Assembly: GCA_051294905.1 (NCBI GenBank)
Contig: CM119379.1
Coordinates: 23,436,001 to 23,500,000, forward strand
Direction of reading: 5' to 3'
DNA: 64,000 bases
Source: Botryllus schlosseri
Lineage: Eukaryota
Shown here: positions 38,581 to 50,600 of the stretch, one piece after another
Position numbering within the stretch: position 1 is the stretch's first letter
How the letters are laid out: each line of letters begins with the position of its first letter
Notes under the pieces: model-generated
What the model was told of the DNA's origin: nothing
The model's input: the letters and a program-made list of their open reading frames with translations, nothing else
Databases searched by the model: none
Program-made: the position numbers and the translations under genes

Positions 38581-38856
38581 GTTTGTCGCTACTTTAAATT
38601 GGAATATATAATAGAAGTTGTTTTTCAAGCGCTAATCATGACAAATACATACGATTTGTGATGACATGCCCGTCTTGGTCATCATTGGCTACAGGAAGTT
38701 AGGCGCGATCATTAATCGAATTGCTGCTGCTGTGGTGGCACGTCATGCGCAGTGGAGTACGCAGGGGAAGTTGGGGTCCGAAATAGAAACCCCATCTTCC
38801 TGAAATCTCAATGCACAGCAGAACAGCAGAAGTCGCATTGATTTGCAATAGCTGTC

Positions 38857-38889
38857 CCGGGGCCTACGATAACTTATCGTAGGCCCCGG
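38857..38889. repeat. Perfect 16-bp inverted repeat with 1-nt spacer
   Basis: CCGGGGCCTACGATAA-C-TTATCGTAGGCCCCGG, flanked by the direct repeat CTGTC. Confidence 0.9.
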
Positions 38890-39432
38890 CTGTCCTTAAA
38901 ATGTTTTCGTTTTTTTGAGAAAATAATATTCTAATGCTTTTGCTCTTTTAAAACTCGGTTGATGCACAGTTCAATTTATGCACCAGTAATCCATAGTTAT
39001 GAGTTCGGTGTGTATTGCAGTCGATTTTTATTTTTACGACTCAGCGAAAATTTTGGATTCGCGATTGCTTGCAGATTAACTTAGGGCTCCCGGATTAGCA
39101 AAGGCTAAGGACCACTGCTTTACAATCTCATTGAAATTTAATATGCTCTGTCTCAGACGTTGTAGCGCCATTAAGCGGTTGTATAAGATACATGATAACG
39201 GGCGCAAGGTGACTCGTTCTATACGTATTACGTATAAATGGTCAGAATTTTCGGTTCGTTTGTTATAATTTCATAATATCAAAACACCACAAGATACTCA
39301 TGCCATAAAAAGATAAGAAGCTGTCGAAATGACTTAAAATTGTCTCTCAATCAGACAGCCACCTTGACTTCGGACTTCTTACGATACAGGAATCTTGCAA
39401 GTATTTCGGAAGCAGGATTAGATCCGGTCACC

Positions 39433-39729
39433 TAGTGGTTCTCGAACTGGGGGGCGTGAAAGCATCTAAAGGGGGGCGCGAAGAAGCGGTCAACTAAAAT
39501 TCTTTTCGCGCTCTGCGCGATTTACCTCCAATTCACGCGTGCTTCTCTATATATAGACCGAATTTCATATTTTTTAATTCTCTCATTAACAGTCATAACC
39601 TTCCATGCCATCAAACAATCTGTTGGGGTTGCTAGCATCCGGTTGGATTTTGTGATATGGCGATAAGGGGGCGCGGAATTTTTCACTATCATAAAGGGGG
39701 GCGTGACTAAAAAAGGCTGATAACCACTG
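39433..39729. mobile_element. 297-bp Charlie/Buster-like MITE
   Basis: Ends tagtggttctcgaac / gctgataaccactg. Perfect TSD CGGTCACC at 39425-39432 and 39730-39737. Left part matches the fragment at ~9459-9506. Confidence 0.85.
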
Positions 39730-39864
39730 CGGTCACCGAAAACGGCAGATCCGGGCTAGGACTGGATTCTGATGTTCTACTCTACGAAATTGACTTCCAT
39801 TTGCTTAATTTAAGTTTAAAATTGACTTGGCAATGATTCTGCTATGCATCATACATTCTCAATG

Positions 39865-40052
39865 TTGGCGCTTGATCTAGGCTCCTCCTCTTCATGTGAT
39901 GCACGTAAGCGCTGTCTTACAACAGCCTGGAATAAAGGTGGCGCATGCTACAAGTAGGCAGATCAGGATTCAAAATTAGAAATATCCACTTGGTGTAAAC
40001 GACTATCGTTTTCAAAACACCGTGCATACCAAAATAACAACAACAACAACAC
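39865..40052 (+). mobile_element. SINE family 2, 5'-truncated, (CAA)n tail
   Basis: atctaggctcctcctc...gctgtcttacaa...tgctacaagtaggcag...tggtgtaaacgact...caacaacaacaac. Confidence 0.65.
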
Positions 40053-41748
40053 TTCCGTAGGATATTTATCACAGAATCTTCATAACTTGCTAAGCAGCTA
40101 AGGTATATTGAGGGGAATTCTCGAGGACACGGTGAATTGATGATTTGTATTTTCCGATGGGGTTTATACAGAATCTGATTTGAAAGAACTGAAATTGGAT
40201 CCTGATCGCGAAAACGAGCTCTCTTCACATATATGCTAAATAGCTTATTTCCTAACTGATCCAAGGGGCGATTCTCGAAAATAATCTCTTGATCAAGAAT
40301 ACGAATTTCCACGTTGTAGTCTACGTCATCGCATTGGCCAATGCACACAATTGAACACAATATATATTGATATGGTATGTTATGTGGCCTCTTAATCCAG
40401 TAGTCCGCAAGAAACGCAGGCAAAACGCCCCAAGTCAAATTATAACAATAATGCCCTCGCCACAGGTTAGCTATAACCATTTTAATGCCCTGCCGCAACC
40501 CGCAAACTCATGGTGATAGGTGTCTCTCCATATCCAGATCTTTCTGTATTTCCTATATATAAATTACATAACCTATGTTTCCATCACTATATCTATGCTT
40601 TATTTCACACGATTTTAATTACCAAGTTTGAGATATGAATTGAGCTCGAATAAACTTCAAGCCACGGCAATGGCTTTAAACTTTGACAAATTTTGCTGGA
40701 GTACGCCAGCGCTGAAGCATGCCTCGTCACCAGGTGCCGCTCTCGACGTTACAGATGACAACATGTAAATCTCACTTCTCTGTGACGAAACAAATTACGC
40801 CTGTACCATTTAATGGTAGCATTGCCTAGAAATCGTCGTGGGATTTAAAAAAATCTAATAATGCACGTTAGCTCAATCTTATCAAGTCATTCACTAAATA
40901 GAATATTACACATGAGATTTCTGCCCTTAGTTATAGTTTTGTGTCGTAGAGATCACAGCGATTTAATATTCAAAAATTAAAATAATCAAAACAAAAAATA
41001 ATCAATGTTTTTCAAATTAAACTTGATCCAAATTGCGATAGTGGTCAAAAAAATACAGTTTTAGGATTAAATTACTATACACCAACAATCTAACAATAGC
41101 TGTCACAAAATAGTTGGTGGATGCCCCAGTCACGCACCTCAGATCATGCTATAACCCGGTGTTCCCCAGACTTTCTTTACACAACGCGCCCTGGGCCGCA
41201 TATCAGGTAGCGAACGCCCTCCAAAAAGTTGGTTGGATTATTGCACTGTCATTACATTTTCACGTAGACTTTTTTGGCAGTCCGACATGCGTTATGTAAC
41301 CTATAGGCTATGTTAGGGTCACATTTTGCACGAATTATAGGACAGACATAACCAGCGAAAACAATGGTACAAGGCTATTTCTCTTCCAAATCATTGTACT
41401 TTGCTTTGACGCGATATGCGCTTAACTCTACATCTTTCTCGTTGTACCTGTGTTTGAATGCGTGCTCATAAGTGTCACTGAAAAATAAGTCCATCTGTTG
41501 TTTGATTGATTACCTGGTTAGTTAGAACACTCAATGTTGCAAAACAATCAACATACACGGAGAGTATTATTGACGTTTTTCGATTGAATGCTCCATGTAG
41601 GACCGCAAACGATGTCATGATATATTCATTAATCTGACTTTTGTTCACATTTACGGATTTTCCCAACTAGTTTCAAAAAGTCTATGGCGCCTATGTTTAC
41701 TCTCATCGCCTCCAATCGCTCAATTTGTAGCTAGCGCCCCCTTCTAGT

Positions 41749-42014
41749 CAGAGGTGGTCAGTATCGAAGTACTTCTACTTTTTGAATTACTTGAAGTAGA
41801 TTTTGCCTACTCATACTATTTTTTAAGTAGGTATGATTTTAGACCACTTCTACTTCTACTTGACACTTTTTAGTTTTGTAGGCAAAAATAAGCGTAGAAT
41901 ACCTACTTACTTACTTACTTGTGAACCACCACTCCTACTTCTACTTGAGTAGAAATTCCGGTGTTACTTCTACTTCTACTTGAGTAGCGACGATGACTAG
42001 TTTGACCACCTCTG
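41749..42014. mobile_element. 266-bp internally deleted CAGAGGTGGTCA-family MITE
   Basis: Both TIRs intact (cagaggtggtca / tgaccacctctg). No TSD; it sits inside a GGGGGCGC/Charlie-like relic ending ttggtaaccactg at ~42061. Confidence 0.7.
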
Positions 42015-45000
42015 CCGCAAACGCCCCAGGGAGGCGCTGGCTCCTGCTTTGGTAACCACTGATATAGTTAGTCGTACTATTCGCTTCCCCAACGTTATTC
42101 GTGTACCACAATATACAACAAGGGTTGTGAGAAAAAGCAGTTACCGCCGGGCGGATTTCGTTGCTAGATGCTATTCGGTTCAGATTGCCTTGTAAATCAA
42201 GTCATGAAGGTTATCAAAGTTTAAGTGCAGTCGCCGTAAGGCGGGCGAATAGGGAACATGATCAGTTGATCACCGATCACCTGCAACTTGATCACCGATT
42301 GAAAGCTGTGACGTAACAAGAGATGTGTTGGGAAATTTCAAGCAGTCAGTGCTAAACAGACAGAGGTGCTCGGAGTTGATATCTGCAGTTTTTGATATCC
42401 CTGGGTACATGCATGAATTTATATTTCCAATTGCTACATATAGTGCGATTGGACAACTGAATCAAATGAATCGAACTATGGACTAGGCCGAACACATTTC
42501 GGGTTTTATATCTGAACTTGACCAGCACGTAATTTATATACACATAAAGGCATATATGCATTTTTTCGAACATTGTTGCCAGTGGCTGATTACATATTCA
42601 TACCACTGGCCTGCTTTATGTGTACTGTACGCGGTTCGAATAGTTACGATGATTCAGGGATAAATACAAATGAAATACTAATGTAGGAAATAGCTCGAAA
42701 GGTTTGGGCGATATCGTAGAATATCAAGTATATTGTTTCAGCAAATAGTTGCTATTTTCAACAGTCACTGTCAATTATGATGTCCTCAGATATAACCACA
42801 TCGTTATCTGTCGATTGAAGTTTATTGGTGTGTGAAGCCGTTGGAAGCTGGATGTGAATGTTCATTGTTGATTACACGGCCAAACACTTTAATCGACTCG
42901 GAGTAAAAACGAAGCTATATAAATTATATATTCATCGGCACTGATGCAACGCAACCGCACAATTTAAATCAATAATTTCGTTAATTCGAATTTCAGGAAT
43001 TCACCGCAGTTATCAAAATGGCGCACAGGATCCTCGACATCTGCTTTACCCAGCATTCGTCATGCGACGAGCCCCATTTTGACAGTGAGCCAAGCCTCGC
43101 ATACAAGAATGCCTTTCAATGCATCGACGTTTGATCCTATCTGAGGAACATCTGCGCCTTCTCCACATAAAAGAACCATTTCACGGTTTCTAAGTGCATT
43201 GCTGTAAATAAAGTTCGGAGAATGTTGACCTGGTGACATTGGGTGCCATAGATCGGCCCCCTACTACGCACTTGATCGGGCGGGTGCTGTTCTCTGTAAT
43301 GATCCAGGATTAATGTCGCGCTGAAGTGGAGTGTACCTGAAAACCGTAATTAAATGGTATCCCGAAATTTTCCCAAACCCAAACGCTGGCGTATTTATGT
43401 TGATGACCCGTAACACTCCAACTGTGTTTATAATACTTGATAAATATATTTGAAAGTGATGCGCCTCCCATTATGAGCACATGATAACAAACATTCAGTC
43501 TGATGGACAATTTCTAGCAAATCACTGAAAAAATGTCGGCGAAAGTATATGTATTACCACGATTGCGTACGGAACGCCTGAATTCAATAACAATCACGAT
43601 ATTCAAAAATATAAAATTTATGACAGGGAACATTTATATAAATTATAATATTGTCGCTTTTCATCACATTTAGTCATCGTTCCCCCACCCCGTCTGCATA
43701 CAATATTTAGTTGCATATTGATGTGGCGAAATATTCACGCTAAATTGGCCATGACTGAGCAAAAAATTCAGGTGAGTGTATCCTTGAACTGTTACCAAAG
43801 TTGTTTTGAAATTCGAGCCTCACAAAGTTGGTCTAACAAGACCGTTGAAATACAACACACGACTCTCACATGTGTTCACTTTTACCTATCAGTATACGCG
43901 AACCATGTTATTGTCTATTATTTTCAAGTAGAACAAAAATCTATTTAAATTCCTATTTCCTCAGTTTTCGTCATATACGCTCGGAATTAGAATTACACGC
44001 AATCTGTAGAGTGCCACCTGTGATTTCAAGTGCTTGTGACCCTTTCTTACCCTGATTAGTGACATTACGGATGGTTTGAGATTGATATACTATAGTCAAC
44101 CTGACCTGTTAAAAAAATGCACGGAAGGAAGAGAACTCAGCGTATGTGGAAAGGCTTATTTTAATCGTTGGCAACTTGTTTTGTTCATGCCCGATTAGAT
44201 TGCGATTCCATATCGCACAACATCCTCCAATGCTGCGGCATGAGCGTATAGCCACTATAGCCAGTCGGGCACGAAAGGAAAAATGCCCCCCAGATTTTTC
44301 GTTTTGCAGATTTATTGAATGAAAGATGCGAACATGGTCTAATTAATATATATGGTCATGTAATTACGATGTCCGAGATAAGTAAACAAGTAAGTATTCC
44401 AGGACTAGTTTTGTCTAAATAAATTAAAACTGTTGCGTATGTCTAAATTCATGCCACCTCGAGTAGCAGTGCAATAGGCAAAACCTAATCGAGTACCACG
44501 AAAACATAAACGTACTTCGTTAATTCGGACAACGAAGACCCAGTATTGTTCTGCTGCAAAGAGGATCATCCGAGCCAACAAACATAAGTTCATGATTTCG
44601 CCAACGCCCGTTTCCGAGCCTAATCACGTAGCGATGGGGGCATGCCATTATGCCATGGAAATTGCGATATTTCAAGCGGAATTCTCGATAATCAATCAAA
44701 TTTTCGTCTATGCTATATTTTTTCTTCGCCTTCCTTTCCTGCTACCGTGGCGATGCAGAGAGTGATGGCAAGTTGCATTTGAAGGAATTTGAATCAACGA
44801 TTGCTGGGAAATTCAGTGTAGGTCCGCGCAATTTCAGTTTTCGACCACTAACCTCCGAACCACCAAGGTTCGCATACTGAACACGAACTTCAACAGGACG
44901 TTCGTACCATCGCTGCATGTTACGTCTGTATTGATGGAACGTAAAATGTTTATCTACGTACTTGTAAATGTCGCCCGCCAAGCGGTCAGGAAATTTGAAA

Positions 45001-47137
45001 ACATGAAATTGAAAATCAAAATATAACTGAATAGACCTCGCATATCGCATTGGAATCGAACACGCTGCTGTAACACATTATTACTCCCGAGTCACTAAAT
45101 ATTCCTACAGTTCATCTGAGGTGAACAGTGTTGCGACCACAAATATTGTAACTTGTAGGTTATCTGTAATTCCATTATGATTTCTTATCTTGAACCTCGC
45201 CGTTACCTAATCACTTGCTAGGGAAATGTAGATGCACACTAGGAATGGATGTTAAAAGTACACTAACTGTATAACAATGAAAAAGACTTGAAAGGTGGAA
45301 GTTACATTGGTGTAACTGCGATGGCTGTGTTCGGGGATTAAAACTTAGGGCATATATAACCGGAGCATGTTGTCCGAAATCTGGCATGGAAGATGCCATG
45401 GCCCTTCCTGCCATTGACAGTAGTGAGTACGGTGTCCTAACAATGCGTTTGGTATAAACAAGTATATATCTGAAACACATTTGGCCAATGTCAATGTAAC
45501 AAATTGACAGCCACATCGTATGTCGCATATGTCGAACAGGTATAGATTGCAATGGCCTCGTGATGAGCTCTTTGTGTGAGCTACCAAGTCAGTATATTTC
45601 GAGTATACGAATGGTTCCTTTATTTCAATTATTCAATGATTTCTGATTCCGCAAAATCCCCCGAACTTTATCGGACATGGTTATCTATCAATATACCAAT
45701 ATCACATGGCGTGCGGCTGTATGGACGCGGCATACTACACAGGCAGATGGATGACGCCTAGCGTACGCCAGAGGCATGTCCAATGTGCGATAACGGTGAT
45801 AAAAAACCCACGTTGTCTGTCGCCATTAGAAAACTACAGCAGCAACATCATTTAAACGCGTGTAACGCGGAGACTCAGAATATGCTATGGCAAAAATTCG
45901 TGTCATTCATGCGCGCTCTGTCGAAACTATCGCAAGAGCGCTCTTTTCCGTTTTGCCGTGGACGGTTGATAATGAGCAAATATCCTGTCGTTCGAGTGTC
46001 ACCCTATACGGCTAAATAAACACGTAAGACCCGGCCTTGTTAAACGGTCTTCGAAAAACGTAAATTAAATATGACGGACAGGTACTACCCGAACAGCAGT
46101 TAGCTTCCGGAAGGCAATCAAAGAGAATATCAAGTCAAGCGCACATTCCAGCACCATATATATACGAAAACTAAGACTAAAATCATTGAAAACAAACGGG
46201 AATGGCGACAATGGATGTATCCTCGGCTGTACGTTAAAATAAGGAGATGTTTTACTCCCTACCAACATGGCGCTTTTCGGATGTTAAATTGATAGTCAGT
46301 GAGATAACGACTGATTTTTAGGCTTTGAGGGTACAATGCCAAGAGGGTGCCATTTTCGATGAATACATTGTGTCGTTATATTCGAATAGCTATATAGTGT
46401 GTGTATAATGTATACATATATGTACTTCAGAAATGATCAATTAAATTCACGTTTGCTTTTGCATCGTGCTAATGTCATAAATATGAATAGAAGGCGCTCA
46501 CTCCAGGCTCACGCAAATCGCAAGATATGAAGTTGTTGGAATTACATTAAATCGATTCCGGGAAACATATCTTGGTAGACCTGTTGTGTCAAAAATGAGC
46601 GAAAGTATTTGCATGCGATGCTGGGTGGGGTGAAGACGTCAGCACCTGCGCACAGGTTTTTAGCTAAACCCCTCTCATTATCTCTGACCAAGGCGTAACT
46701 TCGTGTCATGTTGTTGCCGAACGCGAGAATTGGTTCGCGGTTTTTGTGAACGTTTGGCGATGCATTTGTTATTAGTTATTGTTGGCCTAATTCACGGGTT
46801 ACATGATCCAACTGGCAAGTCCGACAAATTCACATCGCTTAAGCGTTAACAACGTTGACCGGGTGTCAAGTATCCTGTTTAACTTTCTGTATAAGCCTTG
46901 TTTTAATTCAAAGTAATTATATATTTGATTTCCAATTTGATAATATATTGCTGAGATATCAGACCAGCAATTCACGCGTTTCCGAGATCAGCAACCTATT
47001 GTGTTGCAGCTGTGGATCAAACCGTGATGTTGGCATGATTGGTGTTCGCGAATTGTCGATGGACGATTGTTACGATTTGCTTTGAGAGCTGTTTTAGATT
47101 AACTGTGTAATACACTAACTATATTACTGCTTATAAG

Positions 47138-47651
47138 TAGGGCTGGGCAAAATGATTCGAGTACTCGAATCTGAATCGAGTATTAATTTTAATGATTCGA
47201 GTCGAGTAGTAAAATACGATTTTTTCGAGTACTGAAATTATACGGGCCTCGCAACTGAAAGTTAATTTACTGACGAGAATTATAGTTTTGATACTATTTT
47301 CCACTGAGGAAGCCGTGAAACCTTGATTGGCCGTGTTTGAGCATACCAGGCACAGTTTAAAGCTACGAACGTTACTGGAAATAACACATTTCCGAAGTCA
47401 TTATCATCCAACAAAATTGTTAAGAAGTGCAATGAAATCGGTATGGTCGAAAAAATACCAAAGTATCTTTAATGTGATGGATAACGGGCATTACGTTCTT
47501 GTGGAGGCATAAAAGGTTCCTATTTGGACTTCGACATGGTACATCCTGTTGTGACGTCATAATGAGTGATACTCGATTACTCGACTCGACTCGAAGCATA
47601 TTACGTGATTCAGAATCGAATCACTCAGGTACTTGATTTCGCCCAGCCCTA
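47138..47651. mobile_element. 514-bp hAT MITE (TAGGGCTGGGC termini)
   Basis: TIR tagggctgggcaaaat / atttcgcccagcccta. Perfect TSD CTTATAAG at 47130-47137 and 47652-47659. (CTCGA/GAATC) subterminal repeats. Confidence 0.9.
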
Positions 47652-50600
47652 CTTATAAGGCAAAACGGTCCACTTGACAGGCCAATCAAATCACTAGCTG
47701 CCGAAAAATAGTTTATTGTTCGAGACCAATATCATAAAACATGGTCAGCGCTAAAAATATGTATCTCTTCGAAAATGTTTCTTTACGATTTCTGATCAGG
47801 GAGCGATACCGATGTTTCGAATAGGTTCTGATTTCACGAATAGGATAATCTCCGTCCTCGTATTTAGTCAACGATATTGCGAGACAGCCCAAAATACAAC
47901 AAAACTCTGAACTTCTCTCCCTTGTTTGTATTTGGATTGTAACTGGTGGTGTTGAGATAAATAATTATTCCTTCGACGTGCATGGCGCAACGTTCAATGT
48001 AATCGCAATGAAAATAAGGCTAAAGGTCTATACCACGAATGAGACCAAACAACAATATTAACGATGAACAAAGTTATGGAGCTATGATATTATATCGATT
48101 GCACTAGTTGTTAGTATCGGAAGTCTGGTCTGCACTCGTTGCAACGCAATGCGATCGTTTGTAGAGCTCGCGTGACCTGTGAAAGATTCCTTGGTCAATG
48201 CAAAACAATTTCAAATATCGAGGAATGTATGACGAATTTTATTGCATACATGTTGTACATCGTATAGAAGTGTCCTATAAATTCGTGTGACATGGGTTCC
48301 CCCCCTAACACGCATCGTGAAGTATTTTACGATCATATCAACGCTCAGTGGAATTCGAGCAATGTCTTTCAAGTCAACGTAATTTACGACGCACAAGAGA
48401 CGAGACAAAATAAATTTTGGATGCATTCCACATGGAGTACATCTGTTTTTGTTGTCAACATTCACTTTGTCCATTATTTAATTGATCTATACGTGCTTGT
48501 TCTGGATTTAGCGGCAACTTAAATGTGACGGTCTTATCGCGTCAGATGCATTACGGCGACGATATTCACCACATGGTTAAGCCAAATCATATATTTTGGA
48601 TGCTATTGACTAGTGTGCACTACGGACTGTGTAGTTTGCACTAATCAATTTGATTTTCGTATTTTAAATGGAATTATATGACTTGCGACTGAGTGTGGAT
48701 ATGACATACTCTTCAATCACTTGATGTAGGAAATTGAACGCATAAATACTCGACAAACTAAATTCGATGTAGGGAATGATGTACTAGAATCGAACAGTAT
48801 TCTTGGTTCGTGACATCGTGAACGTCACGTTGTGACTCGCAAAATCGACTTTTGCGTTGGGTTCGGATAATCATCTCATACGAAATTGTCCTCTTGCACG
48901 CATAGATTGTCATCTCCCCTCAAATTCTCTCAATCTAACTAACACCCCAGGAAACATATAACGGTTCATTCTATAACCCCCTCTGTTTATCTCCGTGTCA
49001 ATATGTTCTGGAAAATACCACAATTTATTAATCTCCATATCTCTATAAAATTATTTCCAGGTACAGTATTACCAGCGCTATACGAAAGCAGTGACCCAAC
49101 ATTTCCCCCGTGACCCGATTCCTTTGTGAGCTCTGTCATTTATTGTCAGTCAATTGACATCGTGTGACAAATGTAACAAAGTGGCATGCGGCGTTGAAAC
49201 TCAAGGTATTCCGGCACAGATCACGCGAGGCTTGTGCTAATTGGAAAATCAGTCATCCACGAACCGAGCATGCCATTTAATATGAGTTCAGGACTCAGAA
49301 CATGCCGTTCAAAGAATCTACAATGTTCATTTTATTTTGAAGACAGCACTGCGTCTGTAAAAGGTGTCCATCGACGTTAATGCAAGAAGTAGCACAGTGA
49401 GGATAAGCTTTGGCACATACTATGCTACATCTAACGATGTGTTCGGATTTTGCAATTATTATTCTTCATCAGCCCAACTGGATATGGAATACCGCTGATT
49501 TTGTAAAGGTGAAATTGAATGTGTGATCGTATACAGGCTCAAGCTGGAAAATCATTAATATGTTTGTGCCAAATGGGTATTAGACCGTTAGCAAAAATTT
49601 GATCCACCAGTCTCCGGAAAGTGTATTGCTACCGCGCACTCATTCACAGCAACGATGCCCTTTCTATATAATACCCTGCCAACACTTGCCGTATTACGGT
49701 TCATTATCTCCACAATTTGACCAGCGAATTGGGAGTGCAGTACTGACGAGAGGTAGACAAACTAGCCAAAAACCACAAATTGGAATCTTCGTCCACCTCG
49801 ACAAGGTCGAATGAGCGAGGTTGTTGCAGAGACACACGACATACACCTCCAAAATGTATTTTTGAATCTATTCACCAAGACCGTTATCTTATGAAACATG
49901 TCAACTTTGCAAAATGTGAGCACGGAATTCATTTTCGCGGACCAATTTCAAATGTGGCAATTCCTCGCCTCCCTCCAATGCTTAAAATGAAAATTATATA
50001 GGAAGCTTATCATCTTGGCGTGGTTGACTGCAACAAGAAACTTACTTGCACCGGGATTTGTATTGACTTGTTCCGATGTTTTGCCTGCGAGCATCGGGAG
50101 TGACCGTTGAATTATGACATATTTTGCTTCAATTAATCAGCTATCATGACTTTCGGAACTTTTTTCTTGTAACTGATAAAGGAGAGTTACGTCACAGAGA
50201 AATAATTCCAAACTTACTAATCGTCAGACGATCAGAAAGTATAGGCATACAAACCGAGACAGATAAAGTCAATTGTCGGATGCCGTTCAGAATAAGTAGA
50301 CAGAGGAGTGAAAAAAAATTGATGATTCGTGGATGGTTACGGCTACCATCAATTAGAGTTACAAACCTGTCCTCCTGGATTATCTGCATTTGCGCAAAAG
50401 CTATGTAGATATGGATTCTGATAGAATGACATGCTTTAAATGGCGCCGATTATCGATGGTAACGAACGCATCATTACAGGCGGGTAGATGATATACATCC
50501 GATTGTCCGTGCAAAAAACCTCACAGGCCATAAGAACATCTCCTCTTTACAATAGATTTGCATCTCAATGAACAATTCTTAATTAAAAGCCCCGCGACGG

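Noticed and set aside
39917-40498. 193-aa minus-strand ORF, the longest unassigned ORF
   Set aside because: No recognisable domain. Its 3' end runs antisense through a SINE and its (CAA)n tail (the CCCCC run comes from TGTTGT). No supporting splice structure.
44860-44950. F.RTFVPS peptide resembling a LINE ORF2 end
   Set aside because: Too short and without neighbouring motifs.
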